NCBI RefSeq assembly: GCF_016903815.1
Contig: NZ_CP069973.1
Origin: Escherichia coli
GTDB lineage: Bacteria > Pseudomonadota > Gammaproteobacteria > Enterobacterales > Enterobacteriaceae
DNA: 64,000 bases
Direction: 5' to 3' (one strand)
In this document: positions 35,763 through 48,067 of the stretch, in pieces
Numbering within the stretch: position 1 is the first letter of the stretch
How the letters are laid out: each line of letters begins with the position of its first letter
Made by a program: the position numbers and the translations under genes
Notes under the pieces: model-generated
Databases searched by the model: none
Seen by the model: the letters and a program-made list of their open reading frames with translations, nothing else
Told to the model about the DNA's origin: nothing

Positions 35763-36792
35763 AATCACCTGTTGTGTTGATAAGTTCCCTGACAACGCTG
35801 GTTGCAAAACTACCCGCCGGAAGCCAGAAACGGATTTCTACGGTGACGTCATCCCACCAGTTCCAGCTTAATTGTTGCGGATACAGCAGCATCGCTCTGC
35901 GCGCGGCTTCAACTTTTTCGCGCACCAGTAAGGCTTGTAATTCAGTTTCTGCGGCGACAGCTGCTTGTTCGAATGCCAGCGCTTCACGCTGAGTTCCCCA
36001 TTCGCCACTGCCCGGCAATGCGGCGGTTATCATTAGCTCTTTATCGTTGACGCGACGCTGTAATTCCGCCAGTTCTTCGGTGGTTGCGACAAACCAGCTA
36101 CCACGTCCGGCTAATTGTAGCGCATCGCCGTCAACAACTTGATTAACGTCTGCTTTTTTGAGGCGCTCAGCAACAATCTGATTAAACAACGCACTGCGGG
36201 CTGCCGACAACCAAAAACTCCGTTTATTGCGATCGCGCACCGGAGTATTGGTTTGCGCCCAGCGCAGCGCGCCCTGCAAGTTGCTACCGCCAATCCCAAA
36301 ACGTTGGGCACCAAAATAGTTAGGCACGCCTTTTACGCAAATATCGATCAGACGTTGTTCAACGTCATCGCGATTGCTCACTTCGCGCAGAACCAGGGTA
36401 AAGGCGTTACCTTTCAGCGCGCCTAAACGCAGCTTGCGCTTGTGCCGCGCATACTCCAGCACCTGGCAGCCTTCCAGTTGAAAGGCGCTCAGATCGGGCA
36501 TTTCCTTGCCCGGCACGCGAGCACATAACCACTGTTCCGTTACAGCATGTTTGTCTTTTTGCCCAGCGAAGCTGACTTCACGGGCATGAATTTTAAGGAA
36601 TTTCGCCAGTGCATCCGCCACAAAACGGGTATTGCAGCCGTTTTTGAGGATTCTAACCAGAATATGCTCACCTTCACCATCAGGCTCAAAGCCCAAATCT
36701 TCCACCACCACAAAGTCTTCCGGATTGGCTTTCAGCAGCCCAGTGCCTTGCGGTTTACCGTGGAGGTAAGTGAGATTATCAAACTCAATCAT
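35743..36792 (-). CDS. truD: tRNA pseudouridine(13) synthase
   Basis: 349-aa ORF in conserved position. Confidence 0.85.
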
Positions 36793-37268
36793 TTTGTTGC
36801 CTTAATGAGTAGCGCCACCGCTTCACAGGCAATCCCTTCCCCACGTCCGGTAAATCCAAGTTTTTCCGTAGTAGTGGCTTTCACGTTAACATCATCCATA
36901 TGGCAGCCGAGATCTTCGGCAATAAACACGCGCATTTGTGGAATGTGCGGCAACATCTTCGGTGCCTGAGCGATGATAGTGACATCGACGTTGCCCAGGG
37001 TATAACCCTTCGCCTGAATACGACGCCAGGCTTCGCGTAGCAGCTCGCGGCTGTCGGCACCTTTAAATGCCGGATCGGTATCCGGGAACAGTTTGCCGAT
37101 ATCCCCCAGCGCCGCCGCGCCAAGCAATGCATCGGTCAACGCATGGAGCGCCACGTCGCCATCAGAATGCGCCAGCAATCCTTTTTCGTAAGGAATGCGT
37201 ACGCCACCAATGATAAGTGGGCCTTCACCGCCAAAGGCGTGTACGTCAAAACCGTGTCCAATTCGCAT
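36789..37268 (-). CDS. ispF: 2-C-methyl-D-erythritol 2,4-cyclodiphosphate synthase
   Basis: 159 aa; [12 protein letters not shown] motif. Confidence 0.9.
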   Translation of the reverse strand: MRIGHGFDVHAFGGEGPLIIGGVRIPYEKGLLAHSDGDVALHALTDALLGAAALGDIGKLFPDTDPAFKGADSRELLREAWRRIQAKGYTLGNVDVTIIAQAPKMLPHIPQMRVFIAEDLGCHMDDVNVKATTTEKLGFTGRGEGIACEAVALLIKATK

Positions 37269-37978
37269 TATGTATTCTCCTGATGGATGGTTCGGGTGAG
37301 GTAAAACTCGGCCAGTGCCAAATCTTCCGGTCGCGTGACTTTAATGTTATCCGCGCGGCCTTCGACCAACTGCGGATGGAATCCGCAATATTCCAGCGCC
37401 GAGGCTTCGTCGGTAATGGTAGCGCCTTCATTTAGAGCGCGCGTCAGGCAGTCATGTAACAGCTCGCGAGGGAAAAATTGCGGCGTCAGCGCGTGCCATA
37501 AGCCGTTGCGATCAACGGTATGAGCAATGGCATTTTTGCCCGGTTCGGCACGTTTCATCGTATCGCGCACTGGTGCGGCGAGGATCCCCCCCGTGCGGCT
37601 GGTTTCGCTCAACGCCAACAATCGCGCGAGGTCATCCTGATGCAGACAAGGACGAGCGGCGTCATGCACCAATACCCACTGCGCGTCGCCAGCGGCTTTC
37701 AGACCTGCCAGCACCGAATCGGCACGCTCATCACCGCCATCTACAACGGTGATTTGCGGATGATTCGCCAGAGGAAGTTGTGCAAAACGGCTATCGCCAG
37801 GACTTATGGCAATGACGACACGTTTCACCCGGGGATGCGCCAGCAGCGCATGCACCGAGTGTTCAAGAATGGTTTGATTACCGATTGAGAGATATTGCTT
37901 AGGACATTCCGTTTGCATTCGACGGCCAAATCCGGCCGCCGGAACCACGGCGCAAACATCCAAATGAGTGGTTGCCAT
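37268..37978 (-). CDS. ispD: 2-C-methyl-D-erythritol 4-phosphate cytidylyltransferase
   Basis: 236 aa; [10 protein letters not shown] motif. Confidence 0.9.
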   Translation of the reverse strand: MATTHLDVCAVVPAAGFGRRMQTECPKQYLSIGNQTILEHSVHALLAHPRVKRVVIAISPGDSRFAQLPLANHPQITVVDGGDERADSVLAGLKAAGDAQWVLVHDAARPCLHQDDLARLLALSETSRTGGILAAPVRDTMKRAEPGKNAIAHTVDRNGLWHALTPQFFPRELLHDCLTRALNEGATITDEASALEYCGFHPQLVEGRADNIKVTRPEDLALAEFYLTRTIHQENT

Positions 37979-37996
37979 GTTAATTCCCGGGCTGAT

Positions 37997-38308
37997 TTAT
38001 CGATTGTTTTGCCCCGCAGACTGTGCGCGCTTCGACGCGTCAGGCACCAGACGATAAAAAGTTTCGCCCGGCCTGGTCATGCTGAGTTCATTACGCGCAC
38101 GCTCTTCGAGCGCCTCCTGGCCGCCATTGAGATCGTCAATTTCGGCAAAAAGTTGATCGTTTCGCGCTTTAAGTTTCGCGTTTGTAGCTTGCTGTGCCGC
38201 CACATCATCATTGACGCGGGTATAGTCATGTATACCGTTCTTACCGAACCACAGCGAATACTGTAGCCAGACCAGAATAGCCAGCAACAGCAGCGTTAGT
38301 TTACCCAT
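37997..38308 (-). CDS. ftsB: Cell division protein FtsB
   Basis: 103 aa; N-terminal TM segment plus coiled coil. Confidence 0.9.
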
Positions 38309-38501
38309 CCTGCCCCCTGAAAAACGGCATCATCATCCCATGCATCCGAAGACGACTCTACATCCTCTGTTGGGGATACCGCGACAACGCGGGCAAATGT
38401 ACCACATTTGTCCATTGTTACGTATACCCAGGGCGTGCAGAACATAATCTCATTATTAGTTACGGTTTGAATTATGAACAGAGGAGACAAGAAAGTACAA
38501 A

Positions 38502-38825
38502 TTAGCCCAGTAGCCACATAAACAGTGCGCCAAACATAATGCCTACTGTCACCAGGGTGAAAACAATACTGTAGCGTAGCTTTCCGTCCATCAATGAATG
38601 CAGCGCAATCCCCACCACTACCGCGACAGGCATCAGTGCCAGAAAGAAAGGCCAGGTGTAGATAAAGAAAAACAGCGTGTTAGAGCCATAAATCAACATC
38701 GGCATCGCCAGCGCAAATAACCAGGAGATAAAACCGACCACAGCACCAGGCAGTGACCATGTGGTTTCTTCATCCTCAGTAAGGCTGTCGTTATTTGTTA
38801 GTGTAATGTTATGGCTATTACGCAT
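38502..38825 (-). CDS. ygbE: Inner membrane protein YgbE (DUF3561)
   Basis: 107-aa hydrophobic ORF. Confidence 0.75.
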   Translation of the reverse strand: MRNSHNITLTNNDSLTEDEETTWSLPGAVVGFISWLFALAMPMLIYGSNTLFFFIYTWPFFLALMPVAVVVGIALHSLMDGKLRYSIVFTLVTVGIMFGALFMWLLG

Positions 38826-38874
38826 ATTTGATCCTGTTACTTTGACGAACCGGGCATGGAAACCCGGTGGTGTC

Positions 38875-39480
38875 TCAGGATCTGATAATATCGTTCTGTC
38901 TCAACAGATCTAATAATTGCTGTACCAAATTTGTTACTAATTGTTCACCATTGAGATGAATTTCTGCCGATTCAGGCGCTTCGTAAACGGAATCTATTCC
39001 CGTAAAGTTGCGCAGTTCACCGGCACGCGCTTTCTTATATAAGCCTTTTGGATCGCGGGCTTCGCAAATCGCCAGCGGCGTATCGACAAACACTTCGATA
39101 AAGCGCCCTTCTCCTACGCGTTCACGAACCATCTGGCGTTCGGCGCGGTGTGGCGAGATGAATGCGGTCAGCACCACCAGTCCGGCTTCAACCATCAAAT
39201 TCGCCACTTCACCGACGCGACGGATATTCTCTTTACGATCGGCATCGCTAAAACCGAGATCGCTGCATAATCCGTGGCGAACATTGTCGCCATCCAGCAG
39301 ATACGTACTGACGCCGAGTTTATGTAACGCCTCCTCCAGCGCCCCGGCGACCGTTGATTTACCGGACCCGGAGAGGCCGGTAAACCACAGCACTACACCA
39401 CGATGACCGTGGTGTAGCTCGCGTTGTTGCACAGTGACCGGATGGCTATGCCAGACGACGTTTTCGTCATGCAGCGCCAT
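38875..39480 (-). CDS. cysC: Adenylylsulfate (APS) kinase
   Basis: 201 aa; P-loop GLSGSGKST. Confidence 0.9.
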
Positions 39481-40907
39481 TATTTATCCCCCAGCAAATC
39501 GCGTGCGCCCCAGTGCGGAAAGTGGCGACGAACCAGGGCATTCAATTCCAGTTCGAATGCACTGAATTCAGATGGCGCAGCAGTTGCCTGGCTAACTGGC
39601 TCGTGCACCATACCGGCACCCACGGTCACATTGCTCAGGCGATCGATAAAAATCAGCCCACCGGTAACCGGATTTTGCTGATAACGATCTAACACCAGTG
39701 GCTCGTCAAAAGTGAGATCCACCAGGCCGATGCCGTTCAGCGGCAGGTTTTCAACTTCGCGTTGGGTAAGGTTATTAATATCAACCTGATAACGAATGCC
39801 ATCAACACGAGCACGTGTCTTCTTACCGGCAATTTTGATGTCGTAACTCTGGCCTGGGGAAAGCGGCTGTTCCGCCATCCATACCACATCCACCGACGCG
39901 CTCTGCACAGCCGGTAACGCTTCGTCTGCCGCCAGCAGCAGATCGCCACGGCTGATGTCGATCTCATCCGTCAGCACTAGGGTGATCGCTTCTCCGGCAA
40001 AGGCTTCTTCGCGATCGCCATCAAAAGTCACGATCCGCGCGACGTTTGATTCCACACCAGAGGGCAGCACTTTGACACGTTGCCCGACTTCCACTCGACC
40101 GGATGCCAGCGTTCCGGCGTAGCCACGAAAATCGAGATTCGGGCGATTAACGTACTGCACCGGGAAGCGCATTGGCTGGGCATCCACCACTCGCTGGATC
40201 TCCACGGTTTCCAGCACTTCGAGCAGTGTCGGACCGCTGTACCACGGCATACTTTCACTTTGCGAAGCCACGTTGTCACCTTCCAGTGCAGAGAGCGGCA
40301 CAAAGCGGATATCCAGATTACCCGGCAGCTGCCCGGCAAAGGTCAGATAATCTTCGCGAATACGGGTGAACGTCTCTTCACTGTAATCCACCAGATCCAT
40401 TTTGTTGATCGCCACGACCAGATGTTTGATCCCCAACAGTGTGGAGATAAAACTGTGACGACGGGTTTGATCGAGCACGCCTTTACGGGCATCGATCAGT
40501 AAGATCGCCAGTTCACATGTCGATGCGCCAGTCGCCATATTGCGAGTGTACTGCTCGTGCCCTGGGGTATCGGCGATAATAAATTTACGCTTCTCGGTAG
40601 AGAAATAACGGTAAGCCACGTCAATGGTGATGCCCTGTTCGCGCTCAGCTTGCAGGCCGTCCACCAGCAGTGCCAGATCCAGTTTTTCGCCCTGGGTGCC
40701 GTGACGTTTACTGTCGTTATGCAGCGATGAGAGCTGATCTTCGTAGATTTGGCGGGTATCGTGCAGCAGGCGACCAATCAGGGTACTTTTGCCGTCATCG
40801 ACGCTACCACAGGTCAGAAAACGCAGCAGGCTTTTATGTTGTTGTGCAATCATCCAGGCTTCGACGCCGCCTTCATTGGCGATTTGTTGTGCAAGTGCGG
40901 TGTTCAT
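39480..40907 (-). CDS. cysN: Sulfate adenylyltransferase subunit 1 (GTPase)
   Basis: 475 aa; GTPase motifs [14 protein letters not shown]. Confidence 0.9.
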
Positions 40908-40908
40908 C

Positions 40909-41817
40909 TTAAAAATACCCCTGACGTTTTTTCAACTCCATGGATCCCGCCTGGTCGCGGTCAATCACGCGACCCTGACGTTCACTGGTGGTGGAAACCA
41001 GCATCTCTTCGATGATTTCCGGCAGTGTTTGTGCATTTGACTCCACCGCACCGGTCAGCGGCCAGCAGCCCAGCGTACGGAAACGCACCATCCGTTTTTT
41101 AATCACTTCTCCCGGTTGCAGGTCGATACGGTTGTCATCAATCATCATCAACATACCGTCGCGTTCCAGAACCGGTCGTTCCGCAGCGAGATACAGCGGC
41201 ACAATGTCGATATTTTCCAGCCAGATGTATTGCCAGATATCCTGCTCGGTCCAGTTAGAGAGCGGGAAGACGCGAATGCTTTCGCCTTTGTTAATTTGCC
41301 CGTTGTAGTTGTGCCACAGCTCCGGGCGCTGATTTTTCGGATCCCAGCGATGGAAGCGGTCACGGAAAGAGTAGATTCGCTCTTTAGCACGGGATTTCTC
41401 TTCGTCGCGGCGTGCACCACCGAAGGCGGCATCAAAACCGTATTTATTCAGCGCCTGTTTCAGGCCTTCAGTTTTCATAATATCGGTATGTTTCGCGCTG
41501 CCATGAACGAATGGATTAATCCCCATCGCCACGCCTTCCGGGTTTTTATGCACCAGCAGCTCGCAGCCGTAGGCTTTAGCCGTACGATCGCGGAACTCAT
41601 ACATCTCGCGGAATTTCCAGCCGGTATCGACATGCAGCAACGGGAAAGGCAGCGTACCTGGATAAAACGCCTTGCGCGCCAGATGCAGCATGACGCTGGA
41701 ATCTTTACCGATAGAGTAGAGCATCACCGGATTTGAGAATTCTGCCGCCACCTCGCGAATAATGTGGATGCTTTCCGCCTCCAGTTGCCGCAGGTGAGTA
41801 AGTCGTTTTTGATCCAT
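40909..41817 (-). CDS. cysD: Sulfate adenylyltransferase subunit 2
   Basis: 302 aa; PAPS-reductase-like fold. Confidence 0.9.
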   Translation of the reverse strand: MDQKRLTHLRQLEAESIHIIREVAAEFSNPVMLYSIGKDSSVMLHLARKAFYPGTLPFPLLHVDTGWKFREMYEFRDRTAKAYGCELLVHKNPEGVAMGINPFVHGSAKHTDIMKTEGLKQALNKYGFDAAFGGARRDEEKSRAKERIYSFRDRFHRWDPKNQRPELWHNYNGQINKGESIRVFPLSNWTEQDIWQYIWLENIDIVPLYLAAERPVLERDGMLMMIDDNRIDLQPGEVIKKRMVRFRTLGCWPLTGAVESNAQTLPEIIEEMLVSTTSERQGRVIDRDQAGSMELKKRQGYF

Positions 41818-42068
41818 AACCGTTCCTTTGCAATACCGCTATTTTCTTGCCATCAGATGTTTCGACTATAGGGAGCGTAAGAGAACGAATGAAATTACCA
41901 ATTAGAATGAGTAGTTCCTTAACGGAATAACGATTTGGCAAAGCTAATATCAAAAAGTGCTTAAGGCACCGGATTTCGGGCGTTTAGGAAGATTTGAAAT
42001 TGTTTTAGCGCATCGGCAGTTTCATACTATGGCGGTAAAAAAATTTGCATGGTATTTAAGGACTCACT

Positions 42069-43106
42069 ATGTTTTCCGCATTGCGCCACCGTACCGCTGC
42101 CCTGGCGCTCGGCGTATGCTTTATTCTCCCCGTACACGCCTCGTCAGCTAAACCTGGCGATTTTGCTAATACTCAGGCACGACATATTGCTACTTTCTTT
42201 CCGGGACGCATGACCGGAACTCCTGCAGAAATGTTATCTGCCGATTATATTCGCCAACAGTTTCAGCAAATGGGTTATCGCAGTGATATTCGGACATTTA
42301 ATAGTCGGTATATTTATACCGCCCGCGATAATCGCAAGAGCTGGCATAACGTGACGGGAAGTACGGTGATTGCCGCTCATGAAGGCAAAGCGCCGCAGCA
42401 GATCATCATTATGGCGCATCTGGATACTTACGCCCCGCTGAGCGATGCTGACGCCGATGCCAATCTCGGCGGACTGACGTTACAAGGAATGGATGATAAC
42501 GCTGCAGGTTTAGGTGTCATGCTGGAACTGGCAGAACGCCTGAAAAATACGCCTACCGAGTATGGTATTCGATTTGTGGCGACCAGCGGCGAAGAGGAAG
42601 GGAAATTAGGCGCTGAGAATTTACTCAAGCGGATGAGTGACACCGAAAAGAAAAATACGCTGCTGGTGATTAATCTCGATAACTTAATTGTTGGCGATAA
42701 ATTGTATTTCAACAGCGGTGTAAAAACCCCTGAAGCAGTAAGGAAATTAACGCGCGACAGGGCGCTGGCAATTGCGCGTAGTCATGGAATTGCCGCAACG
42801 ACCAATCCGGGTTTGAATAAAAATTATCCGAAGGGTACTGGCTGTTGTAATGATGCCGAAGTTTTCGACAAAGCCGGTATTGCCGTACTTTCAGTAGAAG
42901 CAACAAATTGGAATCTTGGGAATAAGGATGGTTATCAGCAACGCGCAAAAACAGCTGCATTCCCTGCGGGAAATAGCTGGCATGACGTAAGACTGGATAA
43001 TCAACAACATATTGATAAGGCACTTCCTGGAAGAATAGAACGTCGCTGCCGTGATGTTATGCGGATAATGCTACCGCTGGTGAAGGAGCTGGCGAAGGCG
43101 TCTTGA
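42069..43106 (+). CDS. iap: Alkaline phosphatase isozyme conversion aminopeptidase
   Basis: 345 aa with signal peptide; M28 peptidase family. Confidence 0.85.
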   Translation: MFSALRHRTAALALGVCFILPVHASSAKPGDFANTQARHIATFFPGRMTGTPAEMLSADYIRQQFQQMGYRSDIRTFNSRYIYTARDNRKSWHNVTGSTVIAAHEGKAPQQIIIMAHLDTYAPLSDADADANLGGLTLQGMDDNAAGLGVMLELAERLKNTPTEYGIRFVATSGEEEGKLGAENLLKRMSDTEKKNTLLVINLDNLIVGDKLYFNSGVKTPEAVRKLTRDRALAIARSHGIAATTNPGLNKNYPKGTGCCNDAEVFDKAGIAVLSVEATNWNLGNKDGYQQRAKTAAFPAGNSWHDVRLDNQQHIDKALPGRIERRCRDVMRIMLPLVKELAKAS

Positions 43107-43126
43107 TGGGTTTGAAAATGAGAGCT

Positions 43127-43155
43127 GGGAGTTCTACCGCAGGGGCGGGGAACTC
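43127..43155 (-). repeat. Decayed CRISPR repeat remnant (19/29 match) one unit beyond the array
   Basis: gggagttctaccgcaggggcggggaactc aligns to the repeat with 16/19 identity over the 3' 19 nt and lies exactly 61 bp before repeat 1. Confidence 0.45.
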
Positions 43156-43187
43156 CAAGTGATGTCCATCATCGCATCCAGTGCGTC

Positions 43188-43765
43188 CGGTTTATCCCCG
43201 CTGACGCGGGGAACACGTCAATAGGCGGCGTCCCGTAGCCGTCCCCTTCGGTTTATCCCCGCTGGCGCGGGGAACACGTTGAGGTCGATAAGTACGAACG
43301 GTTTCCCTGCGGTTTATCCCCGCTGGCGCGGGGAACACGATCGCCTGCTCCAGCGTCACTCCCTGCCCCTCGATTTATCCCCGCTGGCGCGGGGAACACT
43401 TCTGATACGTACTGAGGCCGGTTGTGATACGCGATTTATCCCCGCTGGCGCGGGGAACACTAACCCCCAATGAAGTTAATAAAGTCTATGGCCGATTTAT
43501 CCCCGCTGGCGCGGGGAACACATGAGATTAAAATACTCAGTACTCTTACTCGCCGATTTATCCCCGCTGGCGCGGGGAACACCAGCGTGGCGCGATAAAG
43601 CAATGTGTCTGGCTCGATTTATCCCCGCTGGCGCGGGGAACACCAGAGGCAACCGACGCGGATTCAGTAGGAAAGCGATTTATCCCCGCTGGCGCGGGGA
43701 ACACCGATAGACACTTTGCGGTCATTGTCTATTCGGCGATTTATCCCCGCTGGCGCGGGGAACAC
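43188..43765 (-). CRISPR. Type I-E CRISPR array: 10 repeats of 29 bp, 9 spacers of 32 bp
   Basis: Repeats start at 43188, 43249, 43310, 43371, 43432, 43493, 43554, 43615, 43676, 43737 (61-bp period); plus-strand consensus CGGTTTATCCCCGCTGGCGCGGGGAACAC; repeat 1 is degenerate (GCTGACGCG); repeats 4-10 carry CGATTT variant. Confidence 0.97.
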
Positions 43766-43861
43766 ACTAAGCATACATAACTGTTTTTAAACAAATTTAT
43801 TCCGCATCAACAATCTACCAACTAAATTAAAACATTTCCTTATTTTTAAAGAACAGATAAC
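43766..43861 (-). promoter_or_regulatory. AT-rich CRISPR leader between array and cas2
   Basis: About 95 bp AT-rich sequence adjacent to the non-degenerate repeat end. Confidence 0.75.
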
Positions 43862-45071
<1,210 letters not shown>

Positions 45072-45075
<4 letters not shown>

Positions 45076-45722
45076 GCCTCTGCTCCGGGTTTGATCAGCA
45101 TCAGACCACAGCCGAACGCGCGGCTTTTGCCATACCCCTGGCTCAGACGTTGCAGAAATAACCCAGGATCGGTGACCGTAAGCATCCCCGTATAATCCAC
45201 GCTACTGAACTGGATCAGTTGCCGGGAGTTTTCCCGCCGCAGTTGCTGTTGTCGGTAGGCATCGACCGAGGTATCCAGTAGTGTAAAACCGCTTCTTTCC
45301 CCCTGCGCTGCCAGCCAGTCCAGCGCCGCCTGTTGTTGATGCAACCAGACATCACTTCCTTCCACCTGCCCCCTCACCTGCCGTTTCGCCTCCATCAGCA
45401 AGTCGTGGCGTTTGCCCGCTTTACAAATTGTTGGATTCGCCCGCAGGTTGAAACAAAGGGATTGTCCGGTACGCAACTCTGGCGCAAATGGTCGGCATTC
45501 GATGGTGAAAATATCACTTTCCGCCGGGCGTTCCTGCGACAGGACAAAAAAGCGAAACGCCCCCTGGAGTTCTTCCCGACGATAAAGAAATTGCCTTTCT
45601 TTGCCGCCAGGAAAAAGATCCCACAGCCACTGATGCATTACATATTCACCGCGACCCACCAAATGCAGCAACTGCGCAGGCAAAAGCTGGCCGGTATGTA
45701 AGGTTATTCTTGAGAGGTACAT
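45072..45722 (-). CDS. cas6e: Cas6e (CasE) pre-crRNA endoribonuclease
   Basis: About 216 aa from MYLSRITL; ORF-track N-terminal extension overlaps cas5e and is rejected. Confidence 0.85.
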
Positions 45723-46450
45723 GGTTCCTCCTTGCTGAGCCACGGCCCCTGATTGATGGTGCGTTCCCCAAACAGCCACTGCTGACGATTTAAAGGAACA
45801 TCCCGGCGACGTAATATTTTGCTCGCGACCAGGCCGTCGTGTTCCCCTTCCCACCAGCATTCATCCTGAAGTTTCGGGAGTGAGACTTTCAGTTCGCGGA
45901 AACTATCCTGATACTGTTGGTATGCGTTACGTAAGACATCAGACGCGTTGCCTTCGAGCAGTAACGGCGCAAGTGGTAACGCCAGCGGATGACTTTTTCG
46001 CCCCAGATAAAGCGGAAAAACCGGATGACGTAAACCGTCCTGCAACTGTTCAAGCCTGTAAGACGCATCGGGGGTTGTTGCCACCGCCACCATCCACCAG
46101 GCATCGGTGTAGTAGTCGCGCCGGGAGATAATCGCGCTCAGAAGATCAGGGGCGCTCAACTCTTCGCGACGGCTGAAATAACGCGCTTTACGCACCTCTT
46201 TTGGCATCTGGACCGTGTGATAATCCCGTGCCCAGCGCGGGTTACGGCTGGCGCAAACCACCAGTGAATAGTGGCGGTTAAACGCGTTTAATCGTTCGGT
46301 ATCATCACGCCGAATCCCTACCCCGGCAGCCAGCAGCCCCAGCAATGCTGAGCGCGAAGGCAGTTCATGGGTATGACGCACTTCGCCGGGGGCATCGACG
46401 CCCCAGGATGCCATTGGCCCATGAAGCTGAAAAATCAAATATTGGCTCAT
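45704..46450 (-). CDS. cas5: Cas5e (CasD) Cascade subunit
   Basis: 248 aa; MSQYLIFQLHGPMASWG matches Cas5e N-terminal motif; GGGGCGG RBS. Confidence 0.85.
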   Translation of the reverse strand: MSQYLIFQLHGPMASWGVDAPGEVRHTHELPSRSALLGLLAAGVGIRRDDTERLNAFNRHYSLVVCASRNPRWARDYHTVQMPKEVRKARYFSRREELSAPDLLSAIISRRDYYTDAWWMVAVATTPDASYRLEQLQDGLRHPVFPLYLGRKSHPLALPLAPLLLEGNASDVLRNAYQQYQDSFRELKVSLPKLQDECWWEGEHDGLVASKILRRRDVPLNRQQWLFGERTINQGPWLSKEEPCTSQE

Positions 46451-46460
46451 TAGCCGCCCC

Positions 46461-47516
46461 TTACGCGCAGATAAAGTCCAGCACGTCCTTCATGCTTCCC
46501 TGTTTGTTCATCACGTCAAAGCTTACGCATTCGGTCTTCTGTTCATAGACCGTATTCATATTTTCGCGAAGCGTTGTAATACGCTGCACCGCCACATCTA
46601 ACTGCCGGGTGCCATTAATGGGTTCATAGAAAGCCGCCGCCAGAGAGCGTGGTTGTTCAGTGCCTTTTTCTGCCAGCGCCCAGGAGGCGTAGGCACGGCT
46701 GGCAAAGCTGTTCTGTTTGCCGGTTGGGGAGACTTTAAGTGCGGCTTCCGTAAAGGCGCGCAAGGTCTGATTAGCTAACGCTTCGTCACCGCCGAGGTTT
46801 TCGACCAGCAGATCTTTATCGATGCAGATATAGGTGTAGAACAGCGCAGAACCGAATCCGGTTTCACCAAGATGCCCGGCACCGGCATCTTCAGAAGCCT
46901 GGCGCAAATCATCAACGGCGGTGAAAAAATCATCTTCGACAATCGTTTCACTGACACCAAATGCATGCGCGACCTGGCAGGCGGCTTCAACATTAAATTC
47001 GGGTTTATTCGCCAGCATACGACCAAACATAGCGATATCTACCGCCATGCGATCTTTACGTAACAAAGCGAGATCTTCCTCTTTTGGCGCGCGCTTTTCT
47101 TCGGCCAGTTGATGGGCCAGCGCTTTTACGGCGTCAAATTCTGCCGGGCTGATATGGACTAGCTGTTCAGTTTCGGCGTTAGTGAGCGGATCTTTTGGTT
47201 TTTTGTCGTTTTTAGCTTTCCCAAGATAATCCGCAATTTTTGCCGCCCATTCGATGGCTTTTTTCTCTTCGATGCCTTTCTCAATCAGGATAGTTGCCGC
47301 CTCACGCGCAATACGCCCACTGCGAATACCAATATGGCCCGCCAGTGCCTGTTCAAAAAGTGCAGAAGTGCGCCACGCACGTTTCAGACTTTGTGAGGAA
47401 ACGCGCAGACGCGTTGCTCCACCCAGTACCACAGTTTTTGGCGCACCGGTGTCATCACGGTTAAGGTTGGCAGCAGGGTAAGCGGTTAACAAATGAAGCT
47501 GAATAAATGTCGTCAT
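46461..47516 (-). CDS. cas7: Cas7e (CasC) Cascade backbone subunit
   Basis: 351 aa; N-terminal IQLHLLTAYPAANLNRDD resembles K-12 CasC. Confidence 0.85.
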   Translation of the reverse strand: MTTFIQLHLLTAYPAANLNRDDTGAPKTVVLGGATRLRVSSQSLKRAWRTSALFEQALAGHIGIRSGRIAREAATILIEKGIEEKKAIEWAAKIADYLGKAKNDKKPKDPLTNAETEQLVHISPAEFDAVKALAHQLAEEKRAPKEEDLALLRKDRMAVDIAMFGRMLANKPEFNVEAACQVAHAFGVSETIVEDDFFTAVDDLRQASEDAGAGHLGETGFGSALFYTYICIDKDLLVENLGGDEALANQTLRAFTEAALKVSPTGKQNSFASRAYASWALAEKGTEQPRSLAAAFYEPINGTRQLDVAVQRITTLRENMNTVYEQKTECVSFDVMNKQGSMKDVLDFICA

Positions 47517-47530
47517 GAGATAGTCCTTTA

Positions 47531-48067
47531 TTAATTTTGTTCGTTATCGGCGTCGCCAGCCTGGTAATATTCCAGCGCCCAGCGGATACGGATAAATTCT
47601 GTTGGCCGCTGCTGGCGGCGGTGATGATTGAGCAGGTCGTCGCTCTCCTGGCACCAGCGGAAAATATCTTCTGCCAAAGAGATAAGATTGACGGAACCAT
47701 TTAATAATTTGACCGCGCGACGTAACTGACGCAGTAAATCATCAGGCGTTTTTACTGCCGACAGGCGAGTAAAACGCCCCTCCGACATTACCGCCGCCAG
47801 CTGCGCGGCAAAAGGCTGCCGTTCATCAATAGCTTTAACATTGGCGCTAACTGCGGCGACCAGCGCCAGTGCGGTAAAACGCCACTCTTGTGCTTCAATT
47901 TTCCACAAAGTGTGGGTCTGCATCAGCAGAGAACGAAACCCTTCTGACAGACAAACATCATTAACCGTTGTGCTACGCCGCAGACTGGCACGATTGCCGC
48001 GTTTTTCCTGCAACTCTTCGTGCCATTTACGCAGCGTGGCTTTGTGCTCCTCTTTTACAATACTCAT
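47531..48067 (-). CDS. cse2: Cse2 (CasB) Cascade small subunit
   Basis: 178-aa basic alpha-helical ORF between cse1 and cas7. Confidence 0.8.
   Translation of the reverse strand: MSIVKEEHKATLRKWHEELQEKRGNRASLRRSTTVNDVCLSEGFRSLLMQTHTLWKIEAQEWRFTALALVAAVSANVKAIDERQPFAAQLAAVMSEGRFTRLSAVKTPDDLLRQLRRAVKLLNGSVNLISLAEDIFRWCQESDDLLNHHRRQQRPTEFIRIRWALEYYQAGDADNEQN

Noticed and set aside
38296-38517. 73-aa minus-strand ORF between ftsB and ygbE
   Set aside because: Overlaps the ftsB start and ygbE end, with no RBS or recognisable motif; more likely the ftsB promoter region.
43279-43710. Two 62-64-aa plus-strand ORFs (43279..43473 and 43522..43710)
   Set aside because: They run through CRISPR repeats and spacers (repeated LSPLARGT/FIPAGAGN peptide is the translated repeat); artefacts of array periodicity.
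45723-45860. N-terminal extension of the cas6e ORF (262 aa in ORF track)
   Set aside because: The extension overlaps the cas5e coding region and carries no Cas6e similarity; the Cas6e N-terminus is at MYLSRITL (45722).
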